From assembly GCA_965261005.1 (NCBI GenBank), contig OZ253375.1:1568001-1632000 (forward strand): 64,000 nt of DNA, given 5' to 3'. Position numbers and translations under genes: made by a program. The notes beneath the pieces are model-generated. The model was not told where the DNA came from and did not search any database. It was given only the letters and a program-made list of their open reading frames with translations. How positions within the stretch are numbered: position 1 is the stretch's first letter; each line of letters opens with the position of its first letter. This stretch comes from Deinococcus sp. (GTDB taxonomy: Bacteria; Deinococcota; Deinococci; Deinococcales; Deinococcaceae). Positions 1 through 13,067 of the stretch are shown here, one piece after another.

Positions 1-1
1 C

Positions 2-316
2 GTCGCGGCCCCAATACTCGTTGGCAATCGGCGCGACCTCCGCTTCCATGAAGCGGCGCACCCGCCCTTGAATCTCGCGCTGGCGCCCCGTCAAGGTGGC
101 GGCGACGTCGTAGAAGTCGCCGTTCACCCCGGGCAGGGGTTTGGGCTTGGCCCCAGCCCCACCCATCAGCTTGCCCAGCTGCGCGAGCTGCGCGTCGTCG
201 AGGCGCGAGGCGGCGCTCAACAGGGCGGGCAAATCGAGGCGCTGGGACAGTTCACCCAACTTCTGCAAGTCGAGCTTGGACAGCAGGGCCGTCAGATCGG
301 GCTGGGTTTGGGTCAT
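2..316 (-). CDS. Acyl-CoA dehydrogenase family protein (5' part; runs off the window start)
   Basis: My translation from ATG at 316 gives MTQTQPDLTALL...GDFYDVAATLTGRQREIQGRVRRFMEAEVAPIANEYWGRD, an N-terminus like that of acyl-/glutaryl-CoA dehydrogenases. Not in the ORF track because it is truncated. Confidence 0.8.
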   Translation of the reverse strand, partial: MTQTQPDLTALLSKLDLQKLGELSQRLDLPALLSAASRLDDAQLAQLGKLMGGAGAKPKPLPGVNGDFYDVAATLTGRQREIQGRVRRFMEAEVAPIANEYWGRD

Positions 317-408
317 GCCCCGTCATACGGCATTCGAGTGGACGCGTGTGGGGCCGGGCTAACGGATTGAACGGACGCTCAAGTGCGGCGCTCGCTTGCG
401 GCATAGTG

Positions 409-900
409 ATGGAAATGCGCCCAGCCGAGCCGCTCGCCATCAAGCCCGCCGGCTACCTCCAGCTCGAAAGCTACAGCTCGCTGAGGCGCTTCTGGTCGTA
501 CCTCGACGGCGCCGAGCGGGTCGGGCGGCGGGTGAGTATGATGCGTGGCGACGCGGAGAACATCTGCCGACGCCGTATTGAGGGGTACAGCTTGGCAAAT
601 GCGGGCGCCTTGCTGGACATCGAAAAGGCCGAACAGGAGATAGAGGAGACCATCGCCGGCTTCGAGCTGCTCGCCTTGGCGGCGGGCGACCCCAGGCCGC
701 TGCAAACCCTGCTCAGCGAGCGCTACGAGCTGCGGGCCGCCTTCGTGCTGGCCCTCACCAAGGCGCGCGACCTGATCGTGCGGCCGGAGCTGAACTACAA
801 GGTCTTGGAGGGCGACGACCTCGGCGTGAAGCTGGTGCCCAAGCGCTTCGGGCGCGACGAACTGAGGTTCATGCTCGACAAGGCGTGCGGGCTGACGTGA
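409..900 (+). CDS. Hypothetical protein
   Basis: Part of ORF 346..900 with host-like codon usage. Start chosen at ATG 409 (MEMRPAEPLAIKPAGYLQLESYSSL...). Confidence 0.7.
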   Translation: MEMRPAEPLAIKPAGYLQLESYSSLRRFWSYLDGAERVGRRVSMMRGDAENICRRRIEGYSLANAGALLDIEKAEQEIEETIAGFELLALAAGDPRPLQTLLSERYELRAAFVLALTKARDLIVRPELNYKVLEGDDLGVKLVPKRFGRDELRFMLDKACGLT

Positions 901-906
901 GGCCCG

Positions 907-2445
907 CTACTGCGGCGCGATCCAGATGTTTCTGAACTGCACCTTATTCGCGTGGTCTTGCAGCCGGATCGGCCCCGGCGCGTCCGTCTCGGGGTCGCCC
1001 AGGAAGGTGCTGCCGGGCAGGTCCACGTTGTCCTGCACCTTTTCGCCGTTCAGCCAAGCGGTCACGCGGGCGTCCTCGGTCTTCTGGCCGCCCTGCCAGC
1101 GCGCCGCGCGGAAACTTACGTCATAACTTTGCCAAGTGCCGGCGGGCAGGGCGGCGTTGCCGCTGGCGTCCCTGACACCGTAAATGGCGCCGAGGTCGTT
1201 CTTGTCCGCCAGCGTCTTGCCAAACGAGTCGAGAATCTGAAGCTCGTAGCGGCCCTGCAAGTACACGCCGCTGTTGCCCCGGTCCTGCTCGTTCTGGGCG
1301 CTCGTGACCGGCACCTTGAACTCCAGGTGGAGCCGGAAGTCGCCGAAGGTGGTTTTGGTGCGAACGTCGTTGGGGCTGTTCGAATTGCCGCTCGGCTTCA
1401 CCGTGAGCGCGCCGCCTTGCACCGGCCAGTCAATCGGGCTACCCGAGCCGTTTTGCCACGCGGAGGTGTCCTGCCCGCCGAACAAGACCGTCGCCCCGCT
1501 CGGCGCCGGAAAATAGGCCAGCGGGCGCAGCTGAATATTGCGGTAGTACACCTCGGCGCCTTCGGCCTGAAGCAGAATACGCCCCGAGGTCAGCGGCGAG
1601 CCGTCCGGCGCGCGCAGCTTGGAGGCGCGGACCGTGACATTGCCGTTGACGATCTGCGCCGCCTCGTCGCCCGACACGATCAGGGTGAGGTCGTTCCAGT
1701 CGGTCAGCTTCTCGTGGTCGCCGGCCTTGACAAGGCGGAGATAGCCGCCTGCGGTGTTGTCCGAAGTGTAGGACTCGCCAAAAGGGTCGTACTGCACTTT
1801 GTCGGCGCTCTTGTCTTGTACGGTCGTGGTGAGGTTAATTCCCTCCAGCAGCCACAAGTCGCCGGTTTCCCCCTCCTTGACCTGAAACTCGGCGCTGCTG
1901 GGCCACACGCGGCCCTTGCTGGCGCTGATGGCCTTGTCCGAACTTTGGGCGCCGTACAGCACGCCGGCGTCCCTTGGCTGGTCCAGGCGCGGCGCGAACT
2001 TCTTCGTGCCCCACTTGTATTGCAGGCGCAACTGGTAATTGGCGTAGCTGTTGTTGGTGGATAGATAGCCAAATTCCTGATCCTGGCCGGCGGACGGCGC
2101 CGTCACGTCCAGCACATGCAGCGCCCCGTTCTCGATCTTAAAGACGCCCTTAGGATCGTTGTCTTTACCGGTCGAGGGCAACCACCTGTACCAGCCGCCA
2201 AAATTCTGCCCGTTGAACAGCGGCGCCCAACTGGTCTGCGGCGAGGGCAGGTTGACGGTCGGGGCTGGCGTTGGCGTTGGCGTTGGGGCCGGGGTTTGCG
2301 GCAATTGCTGGTCCGGCGACTGGTCCTGGGGGGCCTGAGACGGTCCCGAGCAGGCCGTGAGGCTGGCGCCCAGCAGCAGGGCCAGGCCGACACGCCGGAG
2401 AGACGGAGAGGAAGAAAAGCGGTCGTGCGCGCGGTGTTTCGGCAT
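907..2445 (-). CDS. Lipoprotein with two DUF1080 (3-keto-disaccharide hydrolase-like) domains
   Basis: Lipobox-like LTAC and a Pro/Thr linker, then two domains: LFNGQNFGGW...GRILLQAEGAEVYYRNI and LFGGQDTSAW...GNSGVY...PIRLQDH...FRNI. Confidence 0.85.
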   Translation of the reverse strand: MPKHRAHDRFSSSPSLRRVGLALLLGASLTACSGPSQAPQDQSPDQQLPQTPAPTPTPTPAPTVNLPSPQTSWAPLFNGQNFGGWYRWLPSTGKDNDPKGVFKIENGALHVLDVTAPSAGQDQEFGYLSTNNSYANYQLRLQYKWGTKKFAPRLDQPRDAGVLYGAQSSDKAISASKGRVWPSSAEFQVKEGETGDLWLLEGINLTTTVQDKSADKVQYDPFGESYTSDNTAGGYLRLVKAGDHEKLTDWNDLTLIVSGDEAAQIVNGNVTVRASKLRAPDGSPLTSGRILLQAEGAEVYYRNIQLRPLAYFPAPSGATVLFGGQDTSAWQNGSGSPIDWPVQGGALTVKPSGNSNSPNDVRTKTTFGDFRLHLEFKVPVTSAQNEQDRGNSGVYLQGRYELQILDSFGKTLADKNDLGAIYGVRDASGNAALPAGTWQSYDVSFRAARWQGGQKTEDARVTAWLNGEKVQDNVDLPGSTFLGDPETDAPGPIRLQDHANKVQFRNIWIAPQ

Positions 2446-2679
2446 GGAGTGTCACCTTTCAACCAAAAACCCGGCCCACCCATCAAAAGGAACCCGGGCA
2501 GCCCAGTCCAGCCCACTGTGAGGGACGGGGTTGAGATTGGCATGAGCCGCCGCCATCTCTGTCCCTTCGGCGGTGACACCACCAAAGGGGAAGCGGCGTC
2601 CACGGCGCGGTAAACTGTGGAAACACCGGAGCCTTTCATTCCCGTCCATAACATCCCCCCGTCCATAAGGAGCCAGAGC

Positions 2680-5454
<2,775 letters not shown>

Positions 5455-5465
5455 AAAGAATCAAC

Positions 5466-5495
5466 AGAGGGCGGGGCCGCGCGGCCCCGCCCTCT
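5466..5495. terminator. Bidirectional terminator-like palindrome after acnA
   Basis: Perfect 30-bp palindrome AGAGGGCGGGGCCGC|GCGGCCCCGCCCTCT between convergent genes. Confidence 0.8.
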
Positions 5496-5508
5496 TCACG
5501 CTAGGATT

Positions 5509-5766
5509 TCAGGCTTTTCTGCTGCCGAAGGTCTGGCGCAAATCCAGCGCGCAGAGCACCGTCACCATGCCGGCGAAGGGCGCGAGCAGCTGAAACAGCT
5601 GGGGCGAGGGAAAGCGGGCGAACAGGGCGCCGGCGGTCACCAGAAAGCAGGCCAGGGCCAGCAGCAGTTGGCCGCGCTTCTCGGGCCGCTTGACAAAGCC
5701 GTACAGGCCGGCGCCCATGGCAAACAGAATCGGTCCGACCAAGGTGTTAAACAGTTCCAGTTCCAT
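5509..5766 (-). CDS. Small membrane protein (about 3 TM segments)
   Basis: 85 aa, hydrophobic, with a GGAGG RBS upstream. Confidence 0.7.
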   Translation of the reverse strand: MELELFNTLVGPILFAMGAGLYGFVKRPEKRGQLLLALACFLVTAGALFARFPSPQLFQLLAPFAGMVTVLCALDLRQTFGSRKA

Positions 5767-5865
5767 CTTCGCGCCTCCCAGCCTGCGTTGGGGTCACCCT
5801 AACGAGCTGATGTGAAGATACGCTGAAGGTTGTCACAGAACTCTTGCACAGAACGCTTGGGCGGT

Positions 5866-6948
5866 CTAAGCGCGAAACCTGTGCAGCTTTTCCGGGTCGA
5901 GGCTCACACTTTTCCACTCGTCGAGCCACAGCTCGCCGTCGTGTAGGGGCGGCACGAAGGCGAGCAGGTCGGCTTCCAGCTTAAGCGGAAAGCTGAGTTC
6001 GCAGGGATAATCCACGCCCGCTTGGCTGGCGATCAGGGCGGCGTGCAGTGTGCCCAGGCCGCTCGACGCCTGCGAGCCGACCATCACGCCCTTGCCAGCG
6101 GCGCGGGCACGGGCGAGCATGGCGAGGCTCTCGCTGAAGCCGCTCCTGGCCGTCTTGATGTTCAGGATATCGAAGGTGTCGAAGTCCAATTCACGCTCCA
6201 GGTCGGGCGGGGTGAAGCACGAGTCGTCGGCGACGATGGGCAGAGTGCCCCCGGCGCGCAACGCGGCGCGCTGGCGGATCAGGCGGACGGGCAGCGGCTC
6301 CTCGACGTACAGCAGGCCGGCGCCGCGCATGGCCGCGAGGGCGGCGGGGGCAAGTTCGGGCGTCAGCGTCTCGTTGCTGTCGGCGTAGAGGGCCACGCCG
6401 GCGCCGGCGAACTCGCGCTGAAGCCCCTCGATGACTTGCAAATCCCCCGCGTGGTCGCGCCCAACCTTCACTTTGAGGACGCGCACGCCCGCCGCCACGA
6501 CCCCGCGCGCCTCGGCCAGCATCTCGGCCGGCGGGGCGATGCCCAGGATGTAGGACACCCGGACGCGGCGATTCGGCCCGGCCAAGAGGTCGAACAGCGT
6601 ACCGCCCGCCACCTGCGCGCGGGCGTCCCACAAGGCCATGTCGAGGGCGCCCCGCGCCGTGTTGTTGGCCGGCACGCTGTTCAGGACGCGCGTGAGGGCC
6701 GCCGTGTCGGTCACGTCGAGGCCCTTCAGACGCGTCTCCAGGTAGGTGAGCAGGCCGCGCACGCTCGCCACGGTCTCGCCGTAGATGGTGGGACGCGGCG
6801 GGGCCTCGGCCTGGCCGGTGACGCCGCCCTCCAAGTGAACCCGCACCAAGACGTGTTCGGTGGCCTCCAGGTGGCCGTGCGCGCCCCAACTCAGGGCGCT
6901 TCGCAACGGCAGGCGGAAGGAAACGGCCTCTAGGGCACGAACCCTCAC
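5866..6948 (-). CDS. Enolase superfamily protein, muconate-lactonizing enzyme/racemase subgroup
   Basis: KVKVG (KxK), metal ligands DSNE/EEP/DDS, NIK. Start GTG 6948 is inferred. Confidence 0.85.
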   Translation of the reverse strand: MRVRALEAVSFRLPLRSALSWGAHGHLEATEHVLVRVHLEGGVTGQAEAPPRPTIYGETVASVRGLLTYLETRLKGLDVTDTAALTRVLNSVPANNTARGALDMALWDARAQVAGGTLFDLLAGPNRRVRVSYILGIAPPAEMLAEARGVVAAGVRVLKVKVGRDHAGDLQVIEGLQREFAGAGVALYADSNETLTPELAPAALAAMRGAGLLYVEEPLPVRLIRQRAALRAGGTLPIVADDSCFTPPDLERELDFDTFDILNIKTARSGFSESLAMLARARAAGKGVMVGSQASSGLGTLHAALIASQAGVDYPCELSFPLKLEADLLAFVPPLHDGELWLDEWKSVSLDPEKLHRFRA

Positions 6949-6958
6949 AGCTGGGCCT

Positions 6959-7714
6959 TCACAGCCAAGCCCCAACTGAGCGCGCCACCTCGTCCGGGGA
7001 GAGCGCGGACGTGTCGAGCGTCAGGGCGCGTTCCGGGGAAAGCTTGCTCAGCGCGGCCAGGGTAGCCTCCGAATCGTACTCTCGCCGCTCCAAGGCCACG
7101 ATGCGGGTCTTGGCGAGAATGTCCTCTGGGGAGAACCCCTCCGCCGTGAGGGTGACCAACTCGGCCAGCTCAGGCTCAGAAAACAGGCCGCCGGTCTCTT
7201 CTCTTAAACGTTCCAGCACGTTTTCCCCAGCTTGTCCGGCGGCGGCGTCGAAGGCGTCGGCGCGCCTGAGCAGGCGGCGCACCCGCACGGGGTCCGGCGC
7301 GTGCAGCCCCACGAAGCGGGCGCGGGGGAAGTGTCGCGCGGCGAAGCGCACCTCCGCCTCGCCGCGCAGGCCGTCGAACAGCAGCGGGTCAGGCCAGCGG
7401 GCGTCCTCGGCCCACAGCGACGCCAGCGCCGCGGCCACGCCGCCGGGATGGCGGGCGCGGTAAGCGGCGGTGCGCCGGAAGCGCTCGGCGCGGCCCTGCA
7501 CAACCTCGCCGGCGAGAATCAGCGCGTCTACAATTTCGCGTCGGTTGGGCAGCGCGGCGAAGTTGAGGCCGCTTCCGGTCAGGGCGCCCAGGGCCGTGCT
7601 CTTGCCCACCCCGGTCAAGCCGACCAAGATCAGCAAGCCCCGCTCCATCAGCGGGCGCCAGCCGGGTTCGGGAACGCTGAGGGGGCGCAGGCCGGGCAAA
7701 GGGGGGAGCGTCAT
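6959..7714 (-). CDS. P-loop NTPase, nucleotide-kinase-like
   Basis: Walker [11 protein letters not shown] and [10 protein letters not shown]. Start ATG 7714 is inferred. Confidence 0.7.
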   Translation of the reverse strand: MTLPPLPGLRPLSVPEPGWRPLMERGLLILVGLTGVGKSTALGALTGSGLNFAALPNRREIVDALILAGEVVQGRAERFRRTAAYRARHPGGVAAALASLWAEDARWPDPLLFDGLRGEAEVRFAARHFPRARFVGLHAPDPVRVRRLLRRADAFDAAAGQAGENVLERLREETGGLFSEPELAELVTLTAEGFSPEDILAKTRIVALERREYDSEATLAALSKLSPERALTLDTSALSPDEVARSVGAWL

Positions 7715-7814
7715 TTTCCAGAGTGTAGCGAGACGGTGGCCGGGGCGTTTCGCTGCGCTACTCTTTGCTATCGCAAGTGAGCTGGCCCGCTCCCGAGCTT
7801 CAGAAAGGATCATC

Positions 7815-9104
7815 ATGCGAAAAGGCAAGGACATCGTCGGCAAGAACGTGGTCGCCTTGGAGGGCGGCGAGCGGATTTCCAGCGTGCAGGACCTGATCTT
7901 CGACCACGAGGCCGACAAGCTGCTGGCCCTCCTGGTGGACGAGGGCGGTTGGTTTCGCACGGCCAAAATCGTGCCGATTCAGGCCGTGTCGAGCTTTGGC
8001 GAGGACGCCGTGGTGATCGGCAGCGCGGGCGACGTGGTGGACGCGACCAGCGTCCCGCGCGTGGCCGAGATTCTGCAACAGGACAAGTCCTTGGTCGGCA
8101 CGACACTGATGACGACCGACGGCAAAAATTTGGGCAAGCTGGCCGACTTGTACTTCGACGAGCAGAGTGGGCGCGTGCTGGGCTACGACGTGACCGGCGG
8201 CCTCTTCGCCGACGTGTCCTCGGGCCGCTCCTTTGTGCCGGCGCAGGGGGACATGACCATCGGCGACGACGTGGCCTTTGTGCCGCCCGAAACGGCCCTG
8301 GCGATGGAGGAACAGGAGCCGGGCGGTCTGCGCGGCGCGTGGCAGGCGGGCGGCCCCGGGCAGGGCGGCTCGGGACGCGATTTCGTCCTGGGCAAGACCG
8401 CGCAGCACGAGGTGATCGCGCCCGACGGCACGCTGGTCATTGCGGCGGGCGCCGTGGTGACCGAGGACGAGGCGGACCGCGCCCAGGCGCACGACGCCAT
8501 GAACGGGCTGATCGCCGGGGTAGGCGGTCGCCTGGACGACGCGGGCCAACTGCGCGGCGCGGACGACCCGCTGGAGAACACGCTGGGCAAGCGCGCCTAC
8601 CGCGAGGTGTACGGCCCGGCCGGCGTGCTGGTCGTGGCGCAGGGCCAAGTCGTGAGCGAGGACGTGATTCGGCGGGCGCAGCTGTCGGGAAGGACGCAGG
8701 AATTGATCGCGGCCACCTCGCAGACGGCGGCGGCCGGTCAAGCCGTCAGCGACGCCGGCGAACGTCTGCGCGCCGGGGCCAGCAGCTGGCTCGACAAGAC
8801 CCGCAGCTGGCTGAGCGACACGCGCGACAAGGCGGACGAGGCGGACGAGGAGAGGCGCGTGCAAGCCGCCATCGGACGGCCCACCAACCGGGTCATTCTC
8901 GATCCGCAGGACAACATCCTGCTGAATTTGGGCGAAATCATCACCCACAAGGCGGTGGACGCGGCCCGCCGCAGCGGCGTGCTGCCCATGCTGCTCGACT
9001 CGGCGTCCACCGAGACGCCCAAGATTGACCCGGAACACGTCAAGCCCGACGCCCACGGCTCGGCGGCCCTGCCCGAGGACCACTCCGGCACAAAACCGTC
9101 CTGA
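7815..9104 (+). CDS. PRC-barrel domain protein
   Basis: Two PRC barrels (GKNVVALEGGERISSVQDLIFD; GTTLMTTDGKNLGKLADLYFD) plus C-terminal repeats. AAGGA RBS. Confidence 0.85.
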   Translation: MRKGKDIVGKNVVALEGGERISSVQDLIFDHEADKLLALLVDEGGWFRTAKIVPIQAVSSFGEDAVVIGSAGDVVDATSVPRVAEILQQDKSLVGTTLMTTDGKNLGKLADLYFDEQSGRVLGYDVTGGLFADVSSGRSFVPAQGDMTIGDDVAFVPPETALAMEEQEPGGLRGAWQAGGPGQGGSGRDFVLGKTAQHEVIAPDGTLVIAAGAVVTEDEADRAQAHDAMNGLIAGVGGRLDDAGQLRGADDPLENTLGKRAYREVYGPAGVLVVAQGQVVSEDVIRRAQLSGRTQELIAATSQTAAAGQAVSDAGERLRAGASSWLDKTRSWLSDTRDKADEADEERRVQAAIGRPTNRVILDPQDNILLNLGEIITHKAVDAARRSGVLPMLLDSASTETPKIDPEHVKPDAHGSAALPEDHSGTKPS

Positions 9105-9204
9105 GCTGGCCTTCCTGAGCCAGGCCGTCCCGAGATAAACCAACCCCTGGCGCCCTGCCTTATACTCCTGGCGTGGAGAGCGACCAGCACGCTGGGGAGG
9201 CGGC

Positions 9205-10797
9205 GTGACGCGGCTGACCAAACTCGAAATCCGGCAGCTCGCGACCATCGAGCAGTTGGACTTGGCGCTGGGGGACGGCTTCAACGTCTTCACGGGCGAG
9301 ACCGGCGCGGGCAAGAGCATTATCGTGGACGCGCTGGGGCTGCTGCTGGGAGGACGCGGCGGGAGCGACCTGGTGCGCGGCGGCGCTGAGAGCTTGCTGG
9401 TGAGCGGCTTTTGGGAAGAACAGGTGGCCTCGCGGCGGGTCGCGGCGGCGGGACGCAGCACCGCGCGGCTGGACGGCGAGGTGGTCAGCTTGCGCGAACT
9501 GGGCGACTGGACCGCGCGCAAACTGACCGTCCATTGGCAGCACTCGGCCCAGAGCTTGCTCTCGCCGGCCCATCAGCGCGCCATGCTGGACCGCGAGCAC
9601 GCGGCCGAGCTGACGGCTTACCAGGACGCCTACGCCGCGCTCCAGGCGACCCGGACGCGCCTGGAGCGCTTGCGCGGCGGCCAGCGCGAGCGCGCCCGCC
9701 AGCTCGATCTGCTGGCTTACCAGCTGGCCGAAATCGAGGTCGCCGCGCCCAAAGAAGGCGAGGAGGAGCCGCTGGAAAGCGAGTTGGCGCGGCTGTCCAA
9801 CCTGGAGGCCATCGCCTCGGGGGCGGCGGGGGCGCTGGAGCTGCTCTCGAACGGGGAAGTGAACGCGCAGGGGTTGCTCACCGAGGCCGTGCGCGCGCTT
9901 CAAGGGTCGGCGCGCTTCGACACCAACGTGGGCGCCTTGCTTGGCGAGCTGCGCGCCGCTCAGGAAGCTGTCGGCGCGGTGGCGCTGGAACTCGCCGCCG
10001 CCGCCGAGCAGAGCGCCCCCGACCCGCAGGAGATAGAGCGCATTGAAACCCGCCTTTTACAGCTCTCTAAGCTGCGCGCCAAGTACGGCCCCGGCCTCGC
10101 GGACGTGCTGAGGACCCAAGCTGAAATTACGGCCCAGCTGGAGGACTTAAGGCGCGACGAGCAGGACGCCGGCGGCCTGGAGGACGAGGTCGCGCGGCTG
10201 CTGGGCGAGGTGCGCGCGGTGGGGCGGCAGTTGGGCCAGGTTCGCGCGGGGACGGCGCCCAAGGTCGCCGGACAGCTTCAGAACGTCGTCCGGCAATTGG
10301 GAATGCCGCACGCCCAGCTGGAATTTGTGCTTGACCTGCTGGCCGAGCCGACCGCCCACGGCCTGGAAAACGTGGAGCTGCGTTTTGGCGCCAACCCCGG
10401 CGAGCCGCCCGGCCCCTTGGCAGACGTGGCCTCGGGCGGCGAGTTGTCGCGGGTGATGTTGGCCGTCAGCACGGTGCTGGGCGCCGACACGCCCAGCGTG
10501 GTCTTCGACGAGGTGGACGCCGGCGTGGGCGGCGCGGCGGCCAACGCGGTCGCGGTCCAACTGGCTCTCTTGGCCCGTGAGCGACAGGTGCTGGTCGTGA
10601 CCCACCTGGCCCAGATCGCCGCACGCGCCGATCACCACTTCAAGGTCGAAAAGCAGGTGGTGGGCGGGCGCACCGTCACGGCCGTGCGCGAGCTGGACCC
10701 GGCAGGGCGCGAGGCCGAGATCGCGCGCATGCTCAGCGGCTCGGACTCGGCGGCGGCGAGGGAGCACGCGCGGGAACTTTTGGGAAGCGGGAAATAA
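9205..10797 (+). CDS. recN: DNA repair protein RecN
   Basis: FTGETGAGKSII, coiled coil, VASGGELSRVMLA, FDEVDAGVGG, QVLVVTHLAQIAA. Confidence 0.96.
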   Translation: MTRLTKLEIRQLATIEQLDLALGDGFNVFTGETGAGKSIIVDALGLLLGGRGGSDLVRGGAESLLVSGFWEEQVASRRVAAAGRSTARLDGEVVSLRELGDWTARKLTVHWQHSAQSLLSPAHQRAMLDREHAAELTAYQDAYAALQATRTRLERLRGGQRERARQLDLLAYQLAEIEVAAPKEGEEEPLESELARLSNLEAIASGAAGALELLSNGEVNAQGLLTEAVRALQGSARFDTNVGALLGELRAAQEAVGAVALELAAAAEQSAPDPQEIERIETRLLQLSKLRAKYGPGLADVLRTQAEITAQLEDLRRDEQDAGGLEDEVARLLGEVRAVGRQLGQVRAGTAPKVAGQLQNVVRQLGMPHAQLEFVLDLLAEPTAHGLENVELRFGANPGEPPGPLADVASGGELSRVMLAVSTVLGADTPSVVFDEVDAGVGGAAANAVAVQLALLARERQVLVVTHLAQIAARADHHFKVEKQVVGGRTVTAVRELDPAGREAEIARMLSGSDSAAAREHARELLGSGK

Positions 10798-10812
10798 GGA
10801 GCTTGCGACCCC

Positions 10813-12054
10813 TCAATTCCTGAAGATCACCGCCTCTCTCCTAAATGACCGCAGCGCCAGTCCCAGCAGCAGCAGCGTGAAGACCAGGTTGCTGAGGATG
10901 GCGACGCCCGCGCCGGCACCTGACAAGGCGCCCTTCACCACGTTGAGAATCACCAAAGCGCCCCCGACCAGCGGCACGGCGTAGAGCCAGAGACCCTTGC
11001 TGAGAAAGTCGGCAAATTGAAGGACGAACAGCGGCACGATCAGCAGGATGAAGACGGGCGTCAGATAGGTCTGGGCCTCGCGAAAGGAGCGCGCGTAGAT
11101 GGACACCGCCATCAAGAGCGCCGAGAGCAGCAGCGCCGAGCTGAGGGCGACCGCCAGCAGCACCACGAAGTCGAGGGCGCTCACCGACAAGGTGCCGCCA
11201 AAGGCGCCGGCGATGTCGCCCCCACCGCCCGGCAGCACCAAGCGCGCCAGCGGCGCGCTCAGGGCGAAGCCAAGAACACCGAAGACGGCGGTCGAGACCG
11301 CGAAGATGGTGGTCGCCAGCAGCTTGCCGGCCACGACCTCGCCCCGGCGCACCGGGGAGACCAGCAGCACTTCCAGCGTGCCGCGCTCCTTTTCGCCGGC
11401 GGTGGAGTCAATGGCTGGCGCCATCGCCCCCGACAGGATGAACTGGAGGAGGAAGTACGGGATGATAAAGGCGAGGGCGCCGCTGGCGCGCTCCTGGGCG
11501 TTGGAGGCGTCCACCGCCTGAAGGCGCACCGGGGTCAGAAAGCTGCGGTCGAAGTTGAGGGCGCGCAGCTTGGCGGCGACCAATTGGTCGTTGTACTCGC
11601 GCAGGGCGCTCCTCACCTTGTCGGCGGCGCCGGCCTGCACGCGCTGGTCGCCGGACTTGCTGTAGACCTTGACGGCCGCGCTTCCCCCGCCCGCCTGGGG
11701 AGGCAGATTCGGCGGCACCGAGAGGGCCACGTCCACCGTGCCGCCTTGCACGGCCGCGAGCGGGTCTTGCACCGGCTTCAAGTCCACGCCGGCGGTCACG
11801 ATCTTGCCGGCTCGGTCTCGCACGTCCTGGGTGAGCAGCTGACGCAACCCGCTTGGCAAGGTGCCCACCACGCCCACGCTCTGCCGGGCGACTTGCTGGC
11901 CGCCAAAGGCGCGCGACAGCAGCAGCGGCAGGGCGAGGGTAAAGAGCGGAATAAAGACCAGCGGCAGGATAATGGTGGAGCGCAGGGTCCGGCGGTCGCG
12001 CCACGTCGAGAGCAGTTCCTTGTAAGCCACCTTCCACACGAAGTTGGGCCGCAT
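10813..12054 (-). CDS. ABC-2 type exporter permease (NatB-like)
   Basis: [13 protein letters not shown] and [20 protein letters not shown], multiple TM segments. Confidence 0.9.
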   Translation of the reverse strand: MRPNFVWKVAYKELLSTWRDRRTLRSTIILPLVFIPLFTLALPLLLSRAFGGQQVARQSVGVVGTLPSGLRQLLTQDVRDRAGKIVTAGVDLKPVQDPLAAVQGGTVDVALSVPPNLPPQAGGGSAAVKVYSKSGDQRVQAGAADKVRSALREYNDQLVAAKLRALNFDRSFLTPVRLQAVDASNAQERASGALAFIIPYFLLQFILSGAMAPAIDSTAGEKERGTLEVLLVSPVRRGEVVAGKLLATTIFAVSTAVFGVLGFALSAPLARLVLPGGGGDIAGAFGGTLSVSALDFVVLLAVALSSALLLSALLMAVSIYARSFREAQTYLTPVFILLIVPLFVLQFADFLSKGLWLYAVPLVGGALVILNVVKGALSGAGAGVAILSNLVFTLLLLGLALRSFRREAVIFRN

Positions 12055-12812
12055 CAGGCCAGCACCCCTTTTTGTTCCTGGGCTTTTTCTTGGGCGCGCG
12101 TTTGTAACAGCTGGAAAAAGGCGCGCTCCAGATTGCGCTCGCCGGTTCTCGCCAGCACGCCGGCCACCGTGTCCACCGTCAGCAGCTCGCCGCCGTCCAC
12201 GATGGCGACCCGGTCGCAGACCTCCTCCACCTCGGCCATCACGTGGGTCGAGTACACCACCAGCTTGCCCGGCTGGCGGTAGGACAGCACGAAGTCGAGC
12301 AGCTGCCGCCGCGCCAGCACGTCCAGGCCGCTGGCCGCCTCGTCGAGCATCAGCACTTGCGGGTCGTGCAGCACCGCCCGCGCGACCACGATCTTCTGCT
12401 TCATGCCGGTCGAGTACTCGCCGGTGCGGCGATCCAAGGTGACGGAGAGATCGAGCAGCGCGTCCAACTCGGCAATACGCCTTTCCGTTTGGGCGGGCGA
12501 CATATTGTAAAAGCCGGCGAAGTAGCGCAGAATCTCGCGGCCGGTCAGGCGGTCGTACAGCCCCATGCCGCCGTTCACCACGCCGATGGCGCGCCGCACC
12601 GCCTCGGGCTGCCTCTCGATGTCGAAGCCGGCCACCCGCGCCCCGCCTAAACTCGGAGAAAGCAGCGTCGCCAGGACGCGCAGCAAGGTCGTCTTGCCCG
12701 CCCCGTTGGGGCCGAGCAGCCCGAAGACTTCTCCCTCGCGTGCCGTGAAGCTGACGTCACGCAGGGCCTCCACCTTGCCGTACCGTTTGCCCAGATGCTC
12801 GACTTCTAACAT
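12054..12812 (-). CDS. ABC exporter ATP-binding protein (NatA-like)
   Basis: [23 protein letters not shown]. Confidence 0.93.
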   Translation of the reverse strand: MLEVEHLGKRYGKVEALRDVSFTAREGEVFGLLGPNGAGKTTLLRVLATLLSPSLGGARVAGFDIERQPEAVRRAIGVVNGGMGLYDRLTGREILRYFAGFYNMSPAQTERRIAELDALLDLSVTLDRRTGEYSTGMKQKIVVARAVLHDPQVLMLDEAASGLDVLARRQLLDFVLSYRQPGKLVVYSTHVMAEVEEVCDRVAIVDGGELLTVDTVAGVLARTGERNLERAFFQLLQTRAQEKAQEQKGVLA

Positions 12813-12830
12813 GTGCCCCTCCTGCCCCCT

Positions 12831-13067
12831 CTACGCGCCGCGCCGCGCCGGGGTTGCCGACTGCCCGCGCGGGGTGAAGTCGTCGAGAAAGATGGCCTCG
12901 ATGGGCTGGCCGAACAGGCGCGCGATTCTAAAGGCGAGCGGCAAGCTGGGGTCGTACTTGCCGGTCTCCAGCGCATTCACAGTCTGGCGCGACACGTCGA
13001 GCCGCTCGGCGAGGTCGGCTTGGGTCAGGCCGTGTTCGGCGCGCAGGACGCGGATGCGGTTGTTCAT
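12831..13067 (-). CDS. XRE-family HTH transcriptional regulator
   Basis: MNNRIRVLRAEHGLTQADLAERLDVSRQTVNALETGKYDPSLPLAFRIARLF. Start overlaps the upstream stop (ATGA). Confidence 0.93.
   Translation of the reverse strand: MNNRIRVLRAEHGLTQADLAERLDVSRQTVNALETGKYDPSLPLAFRIARLFGQPIEAIFLDDFTPRGQSATPARRGA

Noticed and set aside
2606..2640. GGTAAACTGTGGAAACACC resembles part of a c-di-GMP-I riboswitch
   Set aside because: The stem does not close and the GCAAA/P3 elements are missing. TAAACT is better explained as the acnA -10 box.
7470..7814. N-terminal extensions in the ORF track (also 15577, 42241, 46262, 37227)
   Set aside because: They overlap divergent genes. Shorter starts fit the RBS or -10 signals and the family N-termini.
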